64,000 bases of DNA, taken from the human T2T-CHM13v2.0 reference genome, Homo sapiens. The translations under genes were made by a program, and so were the position numbers. A model generated the notes under the pieces. It was given only the letters and a program-made list of their open reading frames with translations, made no database searches and was not told where the DNA came from. The stretch lies in NCBI RefSeq assembly GCF_009914755.1, contig NC_060940.1; one strand, written 5' to 3'. Below, piece after piece: positions 44,605 through 59,950 of this stretch. The first letter of the stretch is position 1; the number at the start of each line of letters is the position of its first letter.

Positions 44605-47279
44605 TGAGTTCTTAAGCAGATTCACCCCCCTTCTCTCCAGCAAGCTGGAGACAAGGTCACCAGCTGAGAGTGGGGAAGTGGGGGTTGAGGAGCGGCAAGC
44701 AGAGGGTATGAAATAGTCTTTTCTGAGAGTGGGAAAGCACAAACACGCTGCAGAAATGCATGCGGCTCTCAGGGCAGTGTTGCTTGTCGTGTGAGATCCG
44801 TGCTCATGAATTTAAAGTGAGCCCAGGCAGGGCAGCTGTGGGATTCAGGTAGGGAGAGACAAGTTGGCCTGGTGACACCTGTCAGGGCCTCTTGAGTCCA
44901 GAGGACACACAGGAATGCCAACCCGAGATGCCACGAATCATCTTTTGCTCAATCACTGGGGAGAGGGGTGGCAGGTTCCTGCGCCTCCCTCGAGGTGGGG
45001 GTGGACCAGAGCCCACATGACCCCTCCCAAGGGGTCTCCAGCCTGGAGCTACCCCTGGGTGAGGACATAGAGCAGCGGTGACAACCCCAAATCCAGGATC
45101 TCCCCTGCCTCTGGCCTGGCTCCCTTTGACAGGGTTTGGATGCTTTATGCGAATGCCACGCTCCATTTAATTGAGATACCAGGGAGGTAGCTGATTAATT
45201 GATTTATAATAGAGTTTATTACTAAAGATGCTAAGTTATTACTGAGAACACGCAGTGAGCACTCATGTTTAAATAAATATTCTCGTAGATGCTGGGCATG
45301 CGTGTCATGTCCGGGACTTGAGACACAGAGGGGCTGGTGGGGACCTGGAGGATGCTGGAGCCAGAAAGATGGGGCAGGAGGGCTGCAAAGGGAAACCCCT
45401 GACCTTCAGCTGGTCACTGAGCAAATATCAGGCACCTGCTGTGCTTCAGGCTTTTCCACAGTGGTCAAGCGGCCTGTCCTCCCAGTGCTTCCATTGGGAT
45501 GGGAGAGGCAGACACACAGGCTGGGCACCTCTCGGTGTCAGGGCAGTCAAGAGGAGAAGTCCCGGGGTCTGTGGGGTGGGGAGGTCAGAAGAGGCTCCCA
45601 CAGAAGATGATATAGCAGCTGAGAGTGGAAGGGTCAGAGGGAGGAGGAGGAGGGTGGAGCAGGCAGGGGAACCCACACCAGCAGAAACCCACAGGCAAAG
45701 TGGTTTGGTGTGGCTGTCACAGGCACTTAGGTGGGGCACGTGAGAGGTGAGAGATGCTGCTGCAGGGATAAACGAGGACATTCCATGGGAAATTTTAAGC
45801 CATCCGAGGCAGTTTGGACTTTATCCTGAGGACCCGGGGCAGGAATTGCAACTTTCGGAGCAAAGTGGTTGGGTGGGGATGGTGAGCATGGCTGTGGCCT
45901 GAGAACAGGCGAGAGGAGCAGGAGGCAGGGAGCCTGGGAGGAGCAGCTGCAGTCCTCCCCGCAGGTGAGGATGAGGATGGGCGGGACTTGCCAGGGCGCT
46001 GAGATGCTGGAGGCATGGAGCCCCGGGGCACCGGGTACCGCTGAGACCGCTTACTTCCCAGCAAACCATCAGGCACTGAAGAACCCTGGCTCAGGAATGG
46101 CAAGGGACTGGGGGAAACTAGGAGCAACCAGGAGAAGCTGTTGGGACTGACCCAATTAATATCAGCCCCAGAACAGCCTCCCGCGGAAAAAAAACTTGAG
46201 AAACTAAAAGCTGCTGTTTCATGAGACCAATCGGCTGGGGGCAGAGGAAAAAATAAATCTCTTATCTGAACGTATCTAAAATATCCTGATGTTGGTCACG
46301 ACGGAGACCAAAGCCTGGCTTTTCCCTGTGCCCTCTGCCCTGGGGGAACCCCACGTGGCCAGGTACACCTGCACATAAGGCCACCCCTGAGAAGCTGAGC
46401 TGATGCTATGTTTAAAACTTGCCCAGACCTATTTTTAAAGAACAAGCTATTTTTAGACACCCTCTTGAGAACCCGAAGCCTCTCTTGGTAGCATATTTCA
46501 GGGTTTAAAAAGTTCCTCCTTACACATAACCTAAATCTTTCCCGCTCCAATTTAAGCTAATTTCTTGCTCTGCCCTCTGAGGACACGGGGAGGGGGGTGA
46601 GCCGATTGGCATCTTCTTGAGAGGAGCATTTTGGGGGGTCAGCAATTACTGAGGTGCCCCCCAACCTTGTCTTGTCTGCAGAGATCATTCCAATTTCTCT
46701 GCCCTTTCTCCAAAGGTCCCCTTTTAGATTACCAGAGTCATTAGCGTCACTCTGGTTGGAATTCTGCCTTTTAAAGTGAAGTGGTCCAAATCGGAGGTGG
46801 CACTTCATGGAGACCTTCCAATTTCAAGTAATGGGTTTACTGAACTTCCACCAGCCTTGTTCAGCTCAGCTGCCCCCATCCAGCCCTGTGGCAGTGACTA
46901 GGCTCTGATCCCCCAGGTGGGGTTCAGAGTGATCCCAGAGGCCATGGCCGCAGGACCTAGTGGGTCCAGGGTAACCCAGGACAAACTGCTGGTGGGACGA
47001 TATCTGACATTAATGGACATGTAGCCAGGCTGCCAGCATTCCCTGTTCCCCTTGTCATTTGGGTAACTAGATAGAAAACACCCATGACCTCAGGGCACAG
47101 CTGTCCCAGAAGACTGAGAGAACAGGAGCCCAATTTGGCTTTGGAGATTTCAAAAGCCTACATCCAGGTGTTCCAAGAAAAAGGTTGAGAAGAATACGCT
47201 ATCAAGAGAGAGACAGTTTCTCTTCCCCTTCCACCTGGAGATCAGCTAAAGTTGCTCGCCTGGAGGGGACTGGGACGCA

Positions 47280-47490
47280 GGGGAGGAAGAGGAGGAGGGG
47301 AAGGGGAGAGGAAGGGGGAGGATGGGAAAGGCTGGGGAATGGGGAGGGTGAATAGAAGGCAAAAGGGGAGGAGGAGGGGGAGGAGAAGGGGGAGAGAAGG
47401 AGGAGGAGGGAGAGGAAAAGGAGAAGGAAAAGGGGGAGGAGGAGGGGGACGGAAGGAGGAGGAGGGGGAAGAATAGGAGGAGAGGGGGAT
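47280..47490. repeat. GA-rich low-complexity purine tract
   Basis: Nearly pure G/A (GGA/GGGA) sequence. Confidence 0.9.
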
Positions 47491-47730
47491 GGTTGGCCCC
47501 AAGAAGGAATGAGCTGCACTATGCAGATATGAGCAGGGCTTCCCTAAAAGGCCGCCGGCCTCCACTTCAAGCCCTTTCCATTACATCCCCTGGGAGCCAC
47601 AGGGAGGTGAAGTTGGCACTCACAAATGGTCCTTTCCCAGTCTGAGTGAACAGTGGACACCTTGCGAGTTGGGCCGTGTGCTCACAGACACAGCCAGCAC
47701 ATCCTCGAGGGCTGTTCAAAAAGAGTGATG

Positions 47731-47850
47731 TCCACCTGTGCCCACCTGTGTCACCTGTGTCACCTGTATTTCCTGATGGCCACCTGTGTCCACCTGTGTT
47801 CATCTGTGTCCACTTGTGTCCTGGACACCCCACATGCCTCTTCACCTGGA
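47731..47850. repeat. ~10-bp tandem repeat (CCACCTGTGT) forming an E-box array
   Basis: CANNTG at 47733, 47743, 47752, 47761, 47781, 47791, 47801, 47811, 47831 and 47843. Confidence 0.8.
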
Positions 47851-48542
47851 CTGAGCTCCATTTTGGTGGCCTTGTACCCTCACAAGTTCCCCAAGATGAG
47901 CGTGGGCCTCTCACCTGAAGGATGATGGAGAGAGGACAAGGAGAAAGTTCTCAGGCTTGTGATTGGGTGGGAATGAGATCCAGGAGAGCGGGGAAAGCCA
48001 CCCTTGGATGTACACACCCCTAAGTCACAATCCTGCCCATCTCATCTCTACCTTCTACATTTCTACCCCAGAAATTCACATGCTTGAGCCCAGGAGTTCA
48101 AGGCTGCAATGAGCTATGATCATACCACTACACTCCAGCCTGGGTGACAGAGCAAGACCTCGACTCTTAAAAAAATAAAATAAAATTACCCTGGGACAAC
48201 AGACATCCAGGGTGCTCGACCGTGATGGTGGAATTGATGAATGAGGGAATGACTCCCACTCTGCAAGGGATCCTCCCCCTGGTGGATGCCCTGGCTTGTC
48301 CCCTGCTGAGGACTTTCATGCCCATTCTCCTTTGATCCCCACAACAGGCCCATTAGGTGTGCATTTCACAGGTGAGAATGAAAGTGGGCTGAGAAGAGGT
48401 TAAGGGCTCAGCGAGCTGTGGTGAGTCCAGGAGTAGAGTCCACATCTCTTTTTGGCCCAACCTTCATTCATTCCACATGTAGCTATTGAGTATTTGCTAC
48501 AAGCCTGACACGGCGCTAAGGGCTGCAGAAAAAGACCAACGG

Positions 48543-48845
48543 GGCCGGAAGCAGTGTTACAAGCCTGTAATCTCAGCACTTTGGGAGGCAGAGGTGCATG
48601 GATCACCTGAGGTCAGGAGTTCGAGACCAACCTGGACAACATGGTGAAACCCCATCTCTACTAAAAATACAAATATTAGCCAGGTGTGGTAGCCGGTGCC
48701 TGTAATCCCAGCTACTCGGGAACCTGAGGCAGGAGAATTGCTTGAACTCAGGAAAGAGAGGTTGCAGTGAGCTAAGATTGTGTCACTGTACTCCAGCCTG
48801 GGTGACAGAACGAGACTCAGTCTCAAAAAAAAAAAAAAAAAAAAA
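48543..48845 (+). mobile_element. Alu (S-like)
   Basis: Full Alu; TSD agaccaacgg. Confidence 0.88.
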
Positions 48846-49132
48846 GAGACCAACGGAACAGACATGGCCCCTACCCACTGTGAGTTTCTGCTCCAGTGGA
48901 AAAGGCAGGTACTAGCAAGAAATCACCCTCAAGGGTCATGAGTCAGGGCTCGGGAGGTACAGGGGCCCCTGGAGCCAGAGCCTACACCGGGTGCTCTGTT
49001 CTGGGGGTCAGGGAAGGCTTCCCTGAGGCAGGATGTTTCAGTGCAGCCTGAAGGAGAAGGAGGAATTAACTAGGCCACAGCTGCCCAAAGTGTGGGGCTC
49101 ACCCCTCTGCGGTGCTTAAGCTCATTTTAGAG

Positions 49133-49389
49133 CAGGATTTCTAAACCTCAGCACTACTGACATTTGGGGACAGAGAAGGCTTTGATGTCAGGGCTGTCCT
49201 AGGCGTTAGTGGGTGCTGAGCAGCATACCTGGCTTTGATCTACCAGATGCCAGGAATGTGCACCCCCCCCCATCCCCACATACCCCAGTCATAAAAACCA
49301 GAAAATGTTTCCAAACATTGGCCAAATATCCTTGTGGTGGGGAGGGCAGGGACAGTGGGGGACAAAATAATCCCCCATTGAATCCACTG
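49133..49389. mobile_element. MER20-like hAT DNA transposon fossil
   Basis: cag...ctaaacctcagcactactgacatttggg...gaatccactg, with 8-bp TSD ttttagag/ttttagat. Confidence 0.8.
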
Positions 49390-49419
49390 TTTTAGATTCT
49401 TCATGAATGTTTTTGTTTC

Positions 49420-49715
49420 TATTTTATTTTATTTTTCAGGAAGGGTCTTGCTCTGTCACCCAGTCTAGAGTGTAGTGGTGCGATCATAGCTCACTGCAGC
49501 CTTCAACTCCTGGGCTCAAGCGAGCCCCCCACCTCAGCCTCCTGAGTAGCTGGGACCACAAGGTGCTCACCACCATGCCCAGGTAATATTTTTGGTTTTT
49601 GTAGAGACAGGGTCTCCCTATGTTGCCCGGGATGGTCTCAAACTCCTTGGCTCAAGTGATCCCACCTCAGCCTCTCAAAGTGCTGGGATTACAGGCACAA
49701 GCCATCGCTCCCGGC
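49420..49715 (-). mobile_element. Alu (J-like)
   Basis: Reverse Alu dimer. Confidence 0.82.
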
Positions 49716-50249
49716 TCCTCACGAACATTTTTACAATGGTAATTTCTTTTTGACAGTTCTTTTGTATTTATTGCAAGTGATACTGGCTTTTCATTTCCAG
49801 TGGTGATCTGAAGGTTCCTTTCTGAATGAATTTATGTTGTGAGAACAGTGAGTGATTTAGAGAAAATGCGAAGTGAACATTGTACCTTGGGCATCGGATG
49901 TGGCAATGGTCACAGGAGCAGAATGCAGACAGATGAAGCAGGAGAGATGCGGATTTGGGTGAGGAGTGGGGTGGTGGCTCCCATCAGAACGTGGAGGTGG
50001 GCTCTAAAAGTGTCCCTGACAGGCCTGGGAATCCCCCAGGGAGGTGTCACATAGGTGCACACACCAGTTCTCTTGGAAGTTCAAGCCCAGCTTTCTTCCA
50101 GCCTGGCAACAGATTGGTCTCTCTTCGATTGGGCACCAGAGGAAGGGGTTGGCTCAACTTTGGGGGCCCATGTGGAAAGACAAAGATCCCTAAATACTAG
50201 ACGCACCCTGTTTGAGGCAAGATGCTTGCATGATGAAAGGCATGGGGGT

Positions 50250-50690
<441 letters not shown>

Positions 50691-52779
50691 CGAAAGGCAA
50701 GGGGTTCTCTGAGATAAATGGGAGTGTGCAGCACCCCGGGGAAGCCTATCTTAATTTCCTTCTTTGTTTTGAGCTCATGGGAGACACTGGGCGGACTCCC
50801 CCTCCCTGAGACTTCTTTCTCTCCATCTCTCTCTCATTTTTGTCTCTTTCTCTCTGTCTGCCACTGTTTTGTGTCTGCCTCTCTCTCCCTACCCCCTCTC
50901 CAAGACGTCCAGTTAAATGTCTCCAAGTGACAAGCAGGAATAGTCACTGTATTCATGTCTCCATGGTGGGCCTCCCCCTCTCCTCCTGTTTTGCTCTCGG
51001 AGGGCCCTGATCGGCAGAGACACCTGTGACGGGTCTACACCTGCAGTGTCAGGCCCCAGCTCACCCCCCACCAGCTCAGTCCTTCTGCCTTAGCATAGAA
51101 CTGAGCCCTTTGCAAGCCACCTCAAGAACATTCCTCCCAGCACTACCTTCCATCCCTCTGGTCTCATTCGCTGAAATGCAAATCCAACTCTTCTGGCTAG
51201 TTAAGTTTTAAGTGCTCTGAGCTTCCACACTTCCCTGCGGCAACGCTGGGACTCCATCCAATTAGTTTCACTGGCCAGGACCTAAGAAAGCTGCCTGTGC
51301 ACTAAGAAAATGAGAGGATGAGCGGCCACCTTGACAACCGTCCAGAGAGCCAAAATTGACAGCCTCTCTTTACCCCGGGCACTTTACAGTTTGTAAAGCA
51401 CTTGACCATCCCTTGTCCTTTGTAATCCTTGCCTTAGCCCAGGAAGGCTAGGTTTCATTACACCCTATTTGAAAAAAGAGAGTGTAAAGCTCATAGAGGT
51501 ATATCAACTCAGCCAGGGTAACACAGCAAGGAAGGAGTGTGTTTGAGTCCAGGTCAGCCCAACTCCAAGTCCAGGTGTTTTACCATTCCATCACAGTCTC
51601 TTCCACTCATTCATTCATTCAGCAAATATTTATTAAGCACTTTCTGGATGATAGGCTGTCTTCATGGTTTAGGAAATAAAGGAGTATATAAGACAAAAAG
51701 GTCCCTGCCCTCAAGGAGCTGATAGTCTTATGAAGGAAGATGGGAAAAAACACACCCATTTAAAAATTCAGAATTTAGCCAGGCACAGTGTCTCATGTCT
51801 GTAATCCCAGCAATTTGGGAGGCCAAGGCAGGAGGATTGCTTAAGGCCAGGAATTCAAACCCAGCCTGGGCAACATAGTGAGACCCCATCTCTACAAAAA
51901 CAAATAAATAAAAATACCTTTTGAAGTTCACAGTTTAATAAATGCTGTGAAGGCAAAGAACGGGATATGGAAGATAATGATTGAGTCAGTTAGTTTAGCC
52001 AAGGAAGTCAGGGTAGGCCTCCCTGAGAAGGTGACATTTAAGCTGAGACCTGAAAACTGTGAAGGTTCTGGAGGGAGAGAGCCCCAGATGGAGAGAATGG
52101 TGAGGCAGGAAGAGACCAAGTGTGTTCACAGTTTCAGACCCAGGGCAGGGAAAGAGTGAGGAGGTTAAGAGGTGGGTGAGAGGTGGGACTGTTGCTATGA
52201 GGAGCCACGAGACGGTCTTGAGCTGTGGGAGGGGTAGGAGTGACACTGTCTGCCTTATCCCATTTGGAAGTGGATCTGGCTCCGTGTCTCTGCAGGCTCT
52301 TGGTCTTCTCCTGACTTCTGGCTCTAGGGGGCGCTCATAGAGGGGCCTAGACACTTCCCATGATAGTGTCTGGCTCTGCGAGGCCCACCTCTGTTCTGGG
52401 ACAGGATCCGAGATTTGAAGCCTTCAAGATTGGGACCTAGGCCATATATGGCCAGAATGACAGGCAGACAAAGCTGGAGTGAGGTCACGCAGAAGCATGG
52501 AGGGGGGTCTCGGCACCATGCCCTAGTCCATCCTCCGGCGAGTGCTAAGAGCTCCATCAGGGTAAGCAGCTATGAGATTGCCCAGGGCCAAGCAAATATA
52601 GGGGCAGAGAGGGCAGGGCCCTGGCAGCCCAGGGCATCTCATGCGTCTCACTGCCTGGCCCAGACATCACTGTCTTTGCTCCCATTGGCCCTAGAGTCCC
52701 TGCCAAAGACCGTCAGCTCTTCTCATCTGTTACATTCCTTGAGCAGGAGTTGGTTTTCTATCCCTCTTTATTTATTCTA

Positions 52780-53085
<306 letters not shown>

Positions 53086-53956
53086 CATCCTGCCTGTCTT
53101 CTGAGGAAGGCCTGTGACTCTGGCAGGTGCTCCCAGCAGGGGCTCCCTCTGGCTCAGAGCTGGGTTTAGGACTAGGACACCCCTTCAATCACCAAAGATT
53201 AAGGCTTAACTGGTTTTGCAAGCTGCTGAGAAACAGGCAAGAGAGGGGGAGGCTCCAGAGGAAGGGGTGGCTCTAAGGAGGCCCTGGGTGGGCACCTGGG
53301 CTGCGGTTACCCCAGTCTGCACCTGCCTGCCCTGACCAGGCTCAGGTGTGAAGCCACAGAGACCCTAGGTCACAGGCTCACACAGGCTCAGCCCTGCCCT
53401 CGTCCTGAATCGGGCTTGGTCGGGCAGGAAGAGGTGCAGGAGCCGCATAGTAGGTGCTCAGTAAATGCTGATTGACTCTCATAGCCTCTATCTCAGCAGG
53501 TCCGGAAGCCCCCAGCCTTTCCAGCCCCTGCAATATCACATGGGCAGTAACTAGGGGACAGCTGCTCCCCGTTGCAGACAAGATGTTCTCTGTTCTCTGT
53601 CCTCTGGCAGAGTTTGCCAGACCTCCACCTTCCCAGAGACAAATTGTGGGTAAATGCGAACTCACATTGTCTCAGAATAGCCATTGGGGAGTTTCTGATC
53701 CTGGGGAAAGCACAGGGAAAAGACTATTGGTGGGGAGAATTTTCCCAATATGGAGAATTTCCATCAAGGGAAAGTGTCCTCTTAGGGGCTTTTAGACTCC
53801 CCAGCCATCTGCAGCCAAACAGCCTTCTGCAGGGAGGGGCTGGGAGTCCAGGGAGACAGCAGCAGCTCTTCTGTGTGAAACCAGGACAGGACGCCAGCCT
53901 AGGCAGGGACCAAGGACATCACAGTCATGGAGGACCCTCAGAAAGGGCCAGTGGGA

Positions 53957-54505
<549 letters not shown>

Positions 54506-55189
54506 AGAAAGGGCCAGTGGGAGTGTCAACTCTGCGAGGGAAGAAGGATGAATTTGGCAATGGCTGTCCAAACTGAAGTGCACTTTCCTTTTGACCCAGC
54601 AATTCCACCTCTAGGAATTTACCCTCAGACATATTTGCAAGTGTGGGCAAAATTTATGGACAAGGGTATTCACTATAGCAGAGCATTGGAAACACCCTAA
54701 AAGTCTACCAGTAGTGCACTGATAGATTGAGCCATGGCCATGGAAATCTGTGTCTCCATCCCTGACCTCACTTCCCGCCCCTCTTTCCCTCTCTGGCCTC
54801 CTTCTTGTCCCTTGCATACCCCAAAGCATATTCCTGACCCAGGGCCTTTGCATGCACTGTTTCCACTGCTTGAGCCATTCTTCCCCCAGACACCCACGTC
54901 TTGTTATTTGTTACTATCTCAGGGCTCAGATTCCAGTCCCTTCTGCAAGGGTGACTGTGGCAATTTGGAGGCCATATTCCCTGGGCTTCAGAAATGCCAA
55001 AGCAGATTCATCCACTCTGACGAGCCAGAGACCCTCAAGCCAAGAGAAGCCAATGGCCTAGTGGTCTCGACTCTCTCAGATGTGACCCAACCCAAGTGGA
55101 CGGGTTGCACACCATTCAGCTTTCTAGTCACAGGGCACCATCTGCCAAGCCTGCCAAGCTGCCGTTTATTAAGGTTATGAAGGAGCAAC

Positions 55190-55670
55190 TCTAAGGTGAT
55201 CCCATGCCCTAGTGTAATTCTTTCCCCTTAATTGCAATAATCAATAGGATATGGCAGTGGTAATAGGATGTACGTGACTATGTTACATAAGATTGTGACA
55301 CTTCTCTTGCAAGGATCCTGTCCCTCTTGATGACTTAATGAAGTAAGTAGCCATATTTGAGGTCCACAAGGCAAGGAACTGAAGGTGACCTCCTTGAGCT
55401 AAGGATGGTCTCCAGCCAACAGCCAGGAGAAACTGAAGCCCTGAAAGAAACCAAAAGGAGCCGAAATCTCCGAACAACCAGGTGAGCTTCAAACAGATCC
55501 TTCCCTTAGATGGGTTCTAAAGGGGAACTCAGCTCTGGCCAACACCCTGACTGCAGCCTAGTGCAGAGCACCCACTTAAGCCAGGCCAGGACTGCTGATC
55601 CACAGAATTGTGAGCTAAGAAATGTGTGTTGTTTTAAGTTGCTAAGGCCATGGCAATATTGTCACACATT
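55190..55670. mobile_element. MLT1-type MaLR LTR
   Basis: ggcaaggaactgaaggtgacctc...ccagccaacagccaggagaaactgaagccct...aaatgtgtgttgttttaagttgctaag. Confidence 0.7.
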
Positions 55671-55979
55671 TGGCAAACACAGCAGTGGGCTCTGGGTCAG
55701 GCCTGACCAGGGCAGGCAAAATGGCTCTGGGGCTGGCTGGTTCCCTCCTGAGTCTGCTGGGGGAGCCATGCCCATGGCCCAAACCAGGCCATGCATTTGG
55801 TCTTGACACCTAACTACCCCTCCTGACACTAGTCTCCCAAACCTTGAACCCCAGCCTGGCTGCAGCCAGTTTCTCTTTACCAACACCTACGCTCCCCATA
55901 TACACAGACACACGCATGACACAGAATAATACAGAGCTTTGAAAACAGAGCAGGCTGAGTCCAATTCCTGGCTCCAACA

Positions 55980-56680
55980 TATTTTGTTTATGTTCTATAT
56001 GTGTGTGCTTGAAATAAACATATATTCTCTAGGGTTTTTTTTTTAGGGGAAATAGAGTTCTATATATAGTTAATAATTCAAATGTATTCATTGTATTGCT
56101 CAGTAGCTCAGTTCACTTTTTTGTCTGTTTCTCCATTAGTTTCTGAGATGTCTGTGTGTATGTTAAAAATCTCTATCACTGCTGATTTATCTGTTTCTTC
56201 CTGAGGTTCTGCCAGCTATTGCTTGCTATAAAGTTTTTGTTGTTAGGAAAATATATGCTTATGACGACATATTTTTTCTTGTTTTGTTATTCTTTTTACC
56301 CACCTATAATTTCCTTATTTGCTCCCTTATAATTTTTGGTCTTAAATTATACTCAGTGCTCATTTCATCAGCATATACATTAAAATTGGGATGATAAGGG
56401 AAGATTAGCATGACCCCTATGGAAGGTTGACATGCAAATTTGTGAAGTGTTCTATTTTTACAAGAAAAAAATTCTATTGAATCAGATAACAAAACTGTTA
56501 ACCCAGCTTTATTTGGTTCATTTTTTTCAGGTATATCTTTTCCCATTCTTCTCTCTTCCACCTTTCTATGTCTTTTAAAGTGTGCCTCTTGTATGGTTGG
56601 ATCTTGCTGTTTTTATTTCTATAACCCAAGAGTTCTAACTTTTAACTGATGAATTTAACCCAGTTACATTTATTGTAATT
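55980..56680 (-). mobile_element. Old L1 (L1M/L1ME-like) fragment hosting the U6 copy
   Basis: AT-rich reverse L1 endonuclease-region-like sequence (minus-strand NKAGLTVLLSD peptide). Confidence 0.6.
56356..56459 (+). pseudogene. U6 snRNA retropseudogene
   Basis: GTGCTCATTTCATCAGCATATACATTAAAATTGGGATGATAAGGGAAGATTAGCATGACCCCTATGGAAGGTTGACATGCAAATTTGTGAAGTGTTCTATTTTT aligns end to end with U6 at roughly 80% by eye. CpGs are decayed, the ACAGAGA box is mutated, and a short A-rich tail follows. Confidence 0.92.
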
Positions 56681-58609
56681 TGAATTTATTTCTGCCAACT
56701 CCAGCACTTACTAAATGTGTCACTGATATCCCAGAGGTACAGCTGGGCTTGGCAACAGGGGATTCCAGGCCCAAAGGCCTGACTCAGCTCAGGGAACTAT
56801 CATATTTCGAGATGACAGCCAAAAGAGAGCCCAAGTTCCTTATACTGGGCCAGGAGAAAGAGATCCAACAGCCCAAGGAGTTCCTGTGGCCCTGGCTGAG
56901 CTCCTCCTACCTACCCTCATTGAAGACCCACAGTACTTTGTGGCTAAGCCTATACCAGCTGTGTTAGGACTCATAATCACAAGTGGTGACTACCTAGCTC
57001 AAACTGGGTTTTTTAATGGAGGAAATAAATTAACTCATGTAATGGAAAGTTGTAGGGATCATTTGGCATTATACAGAGCATGATCCAGGTGCTCATATGA
57101 TGAGGTCAGGAATCTGTCTCTTCCTCTCTCAAGCACTGCTATTGGCCTCATTCTCTGGCAGATTCCCTCCATATGTTGAATCCATCAGCTCCCAGCTTAC
57201 ATCCTCTCCTCATTTAAAAGGGCATTTCTGGTGTTCCAGCAGTTGCCACAAACATCCTAGAACTGAATCTCATTGCCTTGATTTGTATCACATGCTCATC
57301 CCTGAACCAATCATTGTGGGCAAGGAGATGGAATGTTTTGATTGGCCGGGCTTTGGGGCCACCTCTGCAGTGAGATGTGGTGCAGTAAACATGGCATGAG
57401 GGTGGAAAAGAGATAGTTTCCAAAGGAAAGTCATTGTGTTCTAAGCTGAAGAAGGTAAAAAGGATGCTATCAAGGCAAAACGCACAGAAATCCACTATGA
57501 ACACTATGACATGGAGATGACATGGAGACAGTCAGAGGCTGGGCTCAAAACAGCCCTTCACTGCCTCTCTCCTAAGACAGCCACATCCCTGCAGTTCTCA
57601 GCAAAATCCCCAAAAGCCAAAGTCATCAAATGGACTTAATCTTCTCAAAGGTGGCTGCTCTCCCCTGTGCCCACCTGCAGCCACAAAGAGAAATACTGAG
57701 AGATGACATTACAGAATGACCTTTAGAAAAATACGGTTTTGCCTCAGATTGAACAAGTTTCCGCCCCTTGGACATGAGACAACCAGAGCCCAGACATGAG
57801 ACCCAACAGGCTTTGATGCAGCAAAATGGAGGTTGCAAAGCCCTCGTGTGAACTCTCAGGAAAGCTCTGGACATTGGCCTACAAAGCTGAGGATGAAACC
57901 CTGCTCTCCAGGTCTTGGGCCCTCTCTGCTGGCTGCATTCTGGCCCGCAGGAAGGAGCCCAGCCCATGTGTGGGTCCACCTCCAACACCACAACTCTACC
58001 CAACAATTCCTTCATCTGAAAACATTCACAGAGGCTCCCACTGAGTCCTACCGGGCTCCAGAAACACAGAGATGAACAGAATGTGGTCCCTGCCACAAGG
58101 CTCAGGGTTTGGTTTGGGAGACAGGTTTGTGCTGTGAGGTCCCCTTAGACTTGGAGTCAGCTGTGATGTCTGGTGCCTGAGACCAAGATGGCGCCAGTCC
58201 CACGCATTCTTCTGTGAGCCAGTCCAACTCTCACCCCCACACTCTGGGCTCCTGACCATACTGGGCTCCAATCCAGCCATCTCCTGGGATGTCCCTTACT
58301 TCCCCCAACCTCAATCCCACTGTGCTCTAGGTCTACGAGGCCTCTGGCCCTCTGGCACCCAACTCCTGACCTGGTCCTTGGAGTGTGTTTTCCTGGATTG
58401 ACTAAGAATCATCCCCAGGTTCCTTTGGCTTGATACTGTCCTGGTCACCTTGGGAAGTGTCCCCTGCCCCAGCATCACCTGAGATCCATTCCCGGCTGGG
58501 AGCCCTACAGGCCTTCTCAGCCCCTGGGGGATTCACTGCCACCTGGTGGGGAGTGGAGGTGGAAGTGGCCGCACTGGATAAATGTCAACCACAGAGCAGG
58601 GACGCTTCT

Positions 58610-58625
58610 TTCTTTCTCTCTCTCT

Positions 58626-58664
<39 letters not shown>

Positions 58665-58745
58665 CATACATACACACACATATATATACACACACACACA
58701 TATATATGTGTGTATATATGTGTGTGTATGTATATATATATATAT
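58610..58745. repeat. (TA)n/(CA)n/(TG)n compound microsatellite
   Basis: Read directly from the sequence; quasi-palindromic. Confidence 0.95.
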
Positions 58746-58779
58746 CTGTTTGTGCCCTAATCACTGGCAGTAAATGCAC

Positions 58780-59308
<529 letters not shown>

Positions 59309-59654
59309 TGAACTACATACAGTGTCACTGTAATACCAAATCATTACATACTTAAATACCATGAAAGTCTCAGTGCTGCCACAATATTACCAATTCTGTT
59401 ACAGTCATCATCCTCAGAGCCAACCATGTATCAATCACTGTGCTGGGCACTTTATATGTGCTCACTCCTTTAATCTGCACAACCCCACCAGTAGTCTGAC
59501 TATTATCCCATTTTGGAGAAGGAGTAAGTAACTGAGGCTCAGAAAGATGGAAAATTTGGCCCAAAGCACACACCTGGTGTTGAGGCCAGGATCCACACCT
59601 GAGCAATCTGCCCTCCACCCCTACCCAAATGCAGGCTCTCACTTTCACTTTTCT

Positions 59655-59950
<296 letters not shown>

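Noticed and set aside
58184-58195. YY1-like CAAGATGGCGCC motif
   Set aside because: A single isolated motif with no supporting context.
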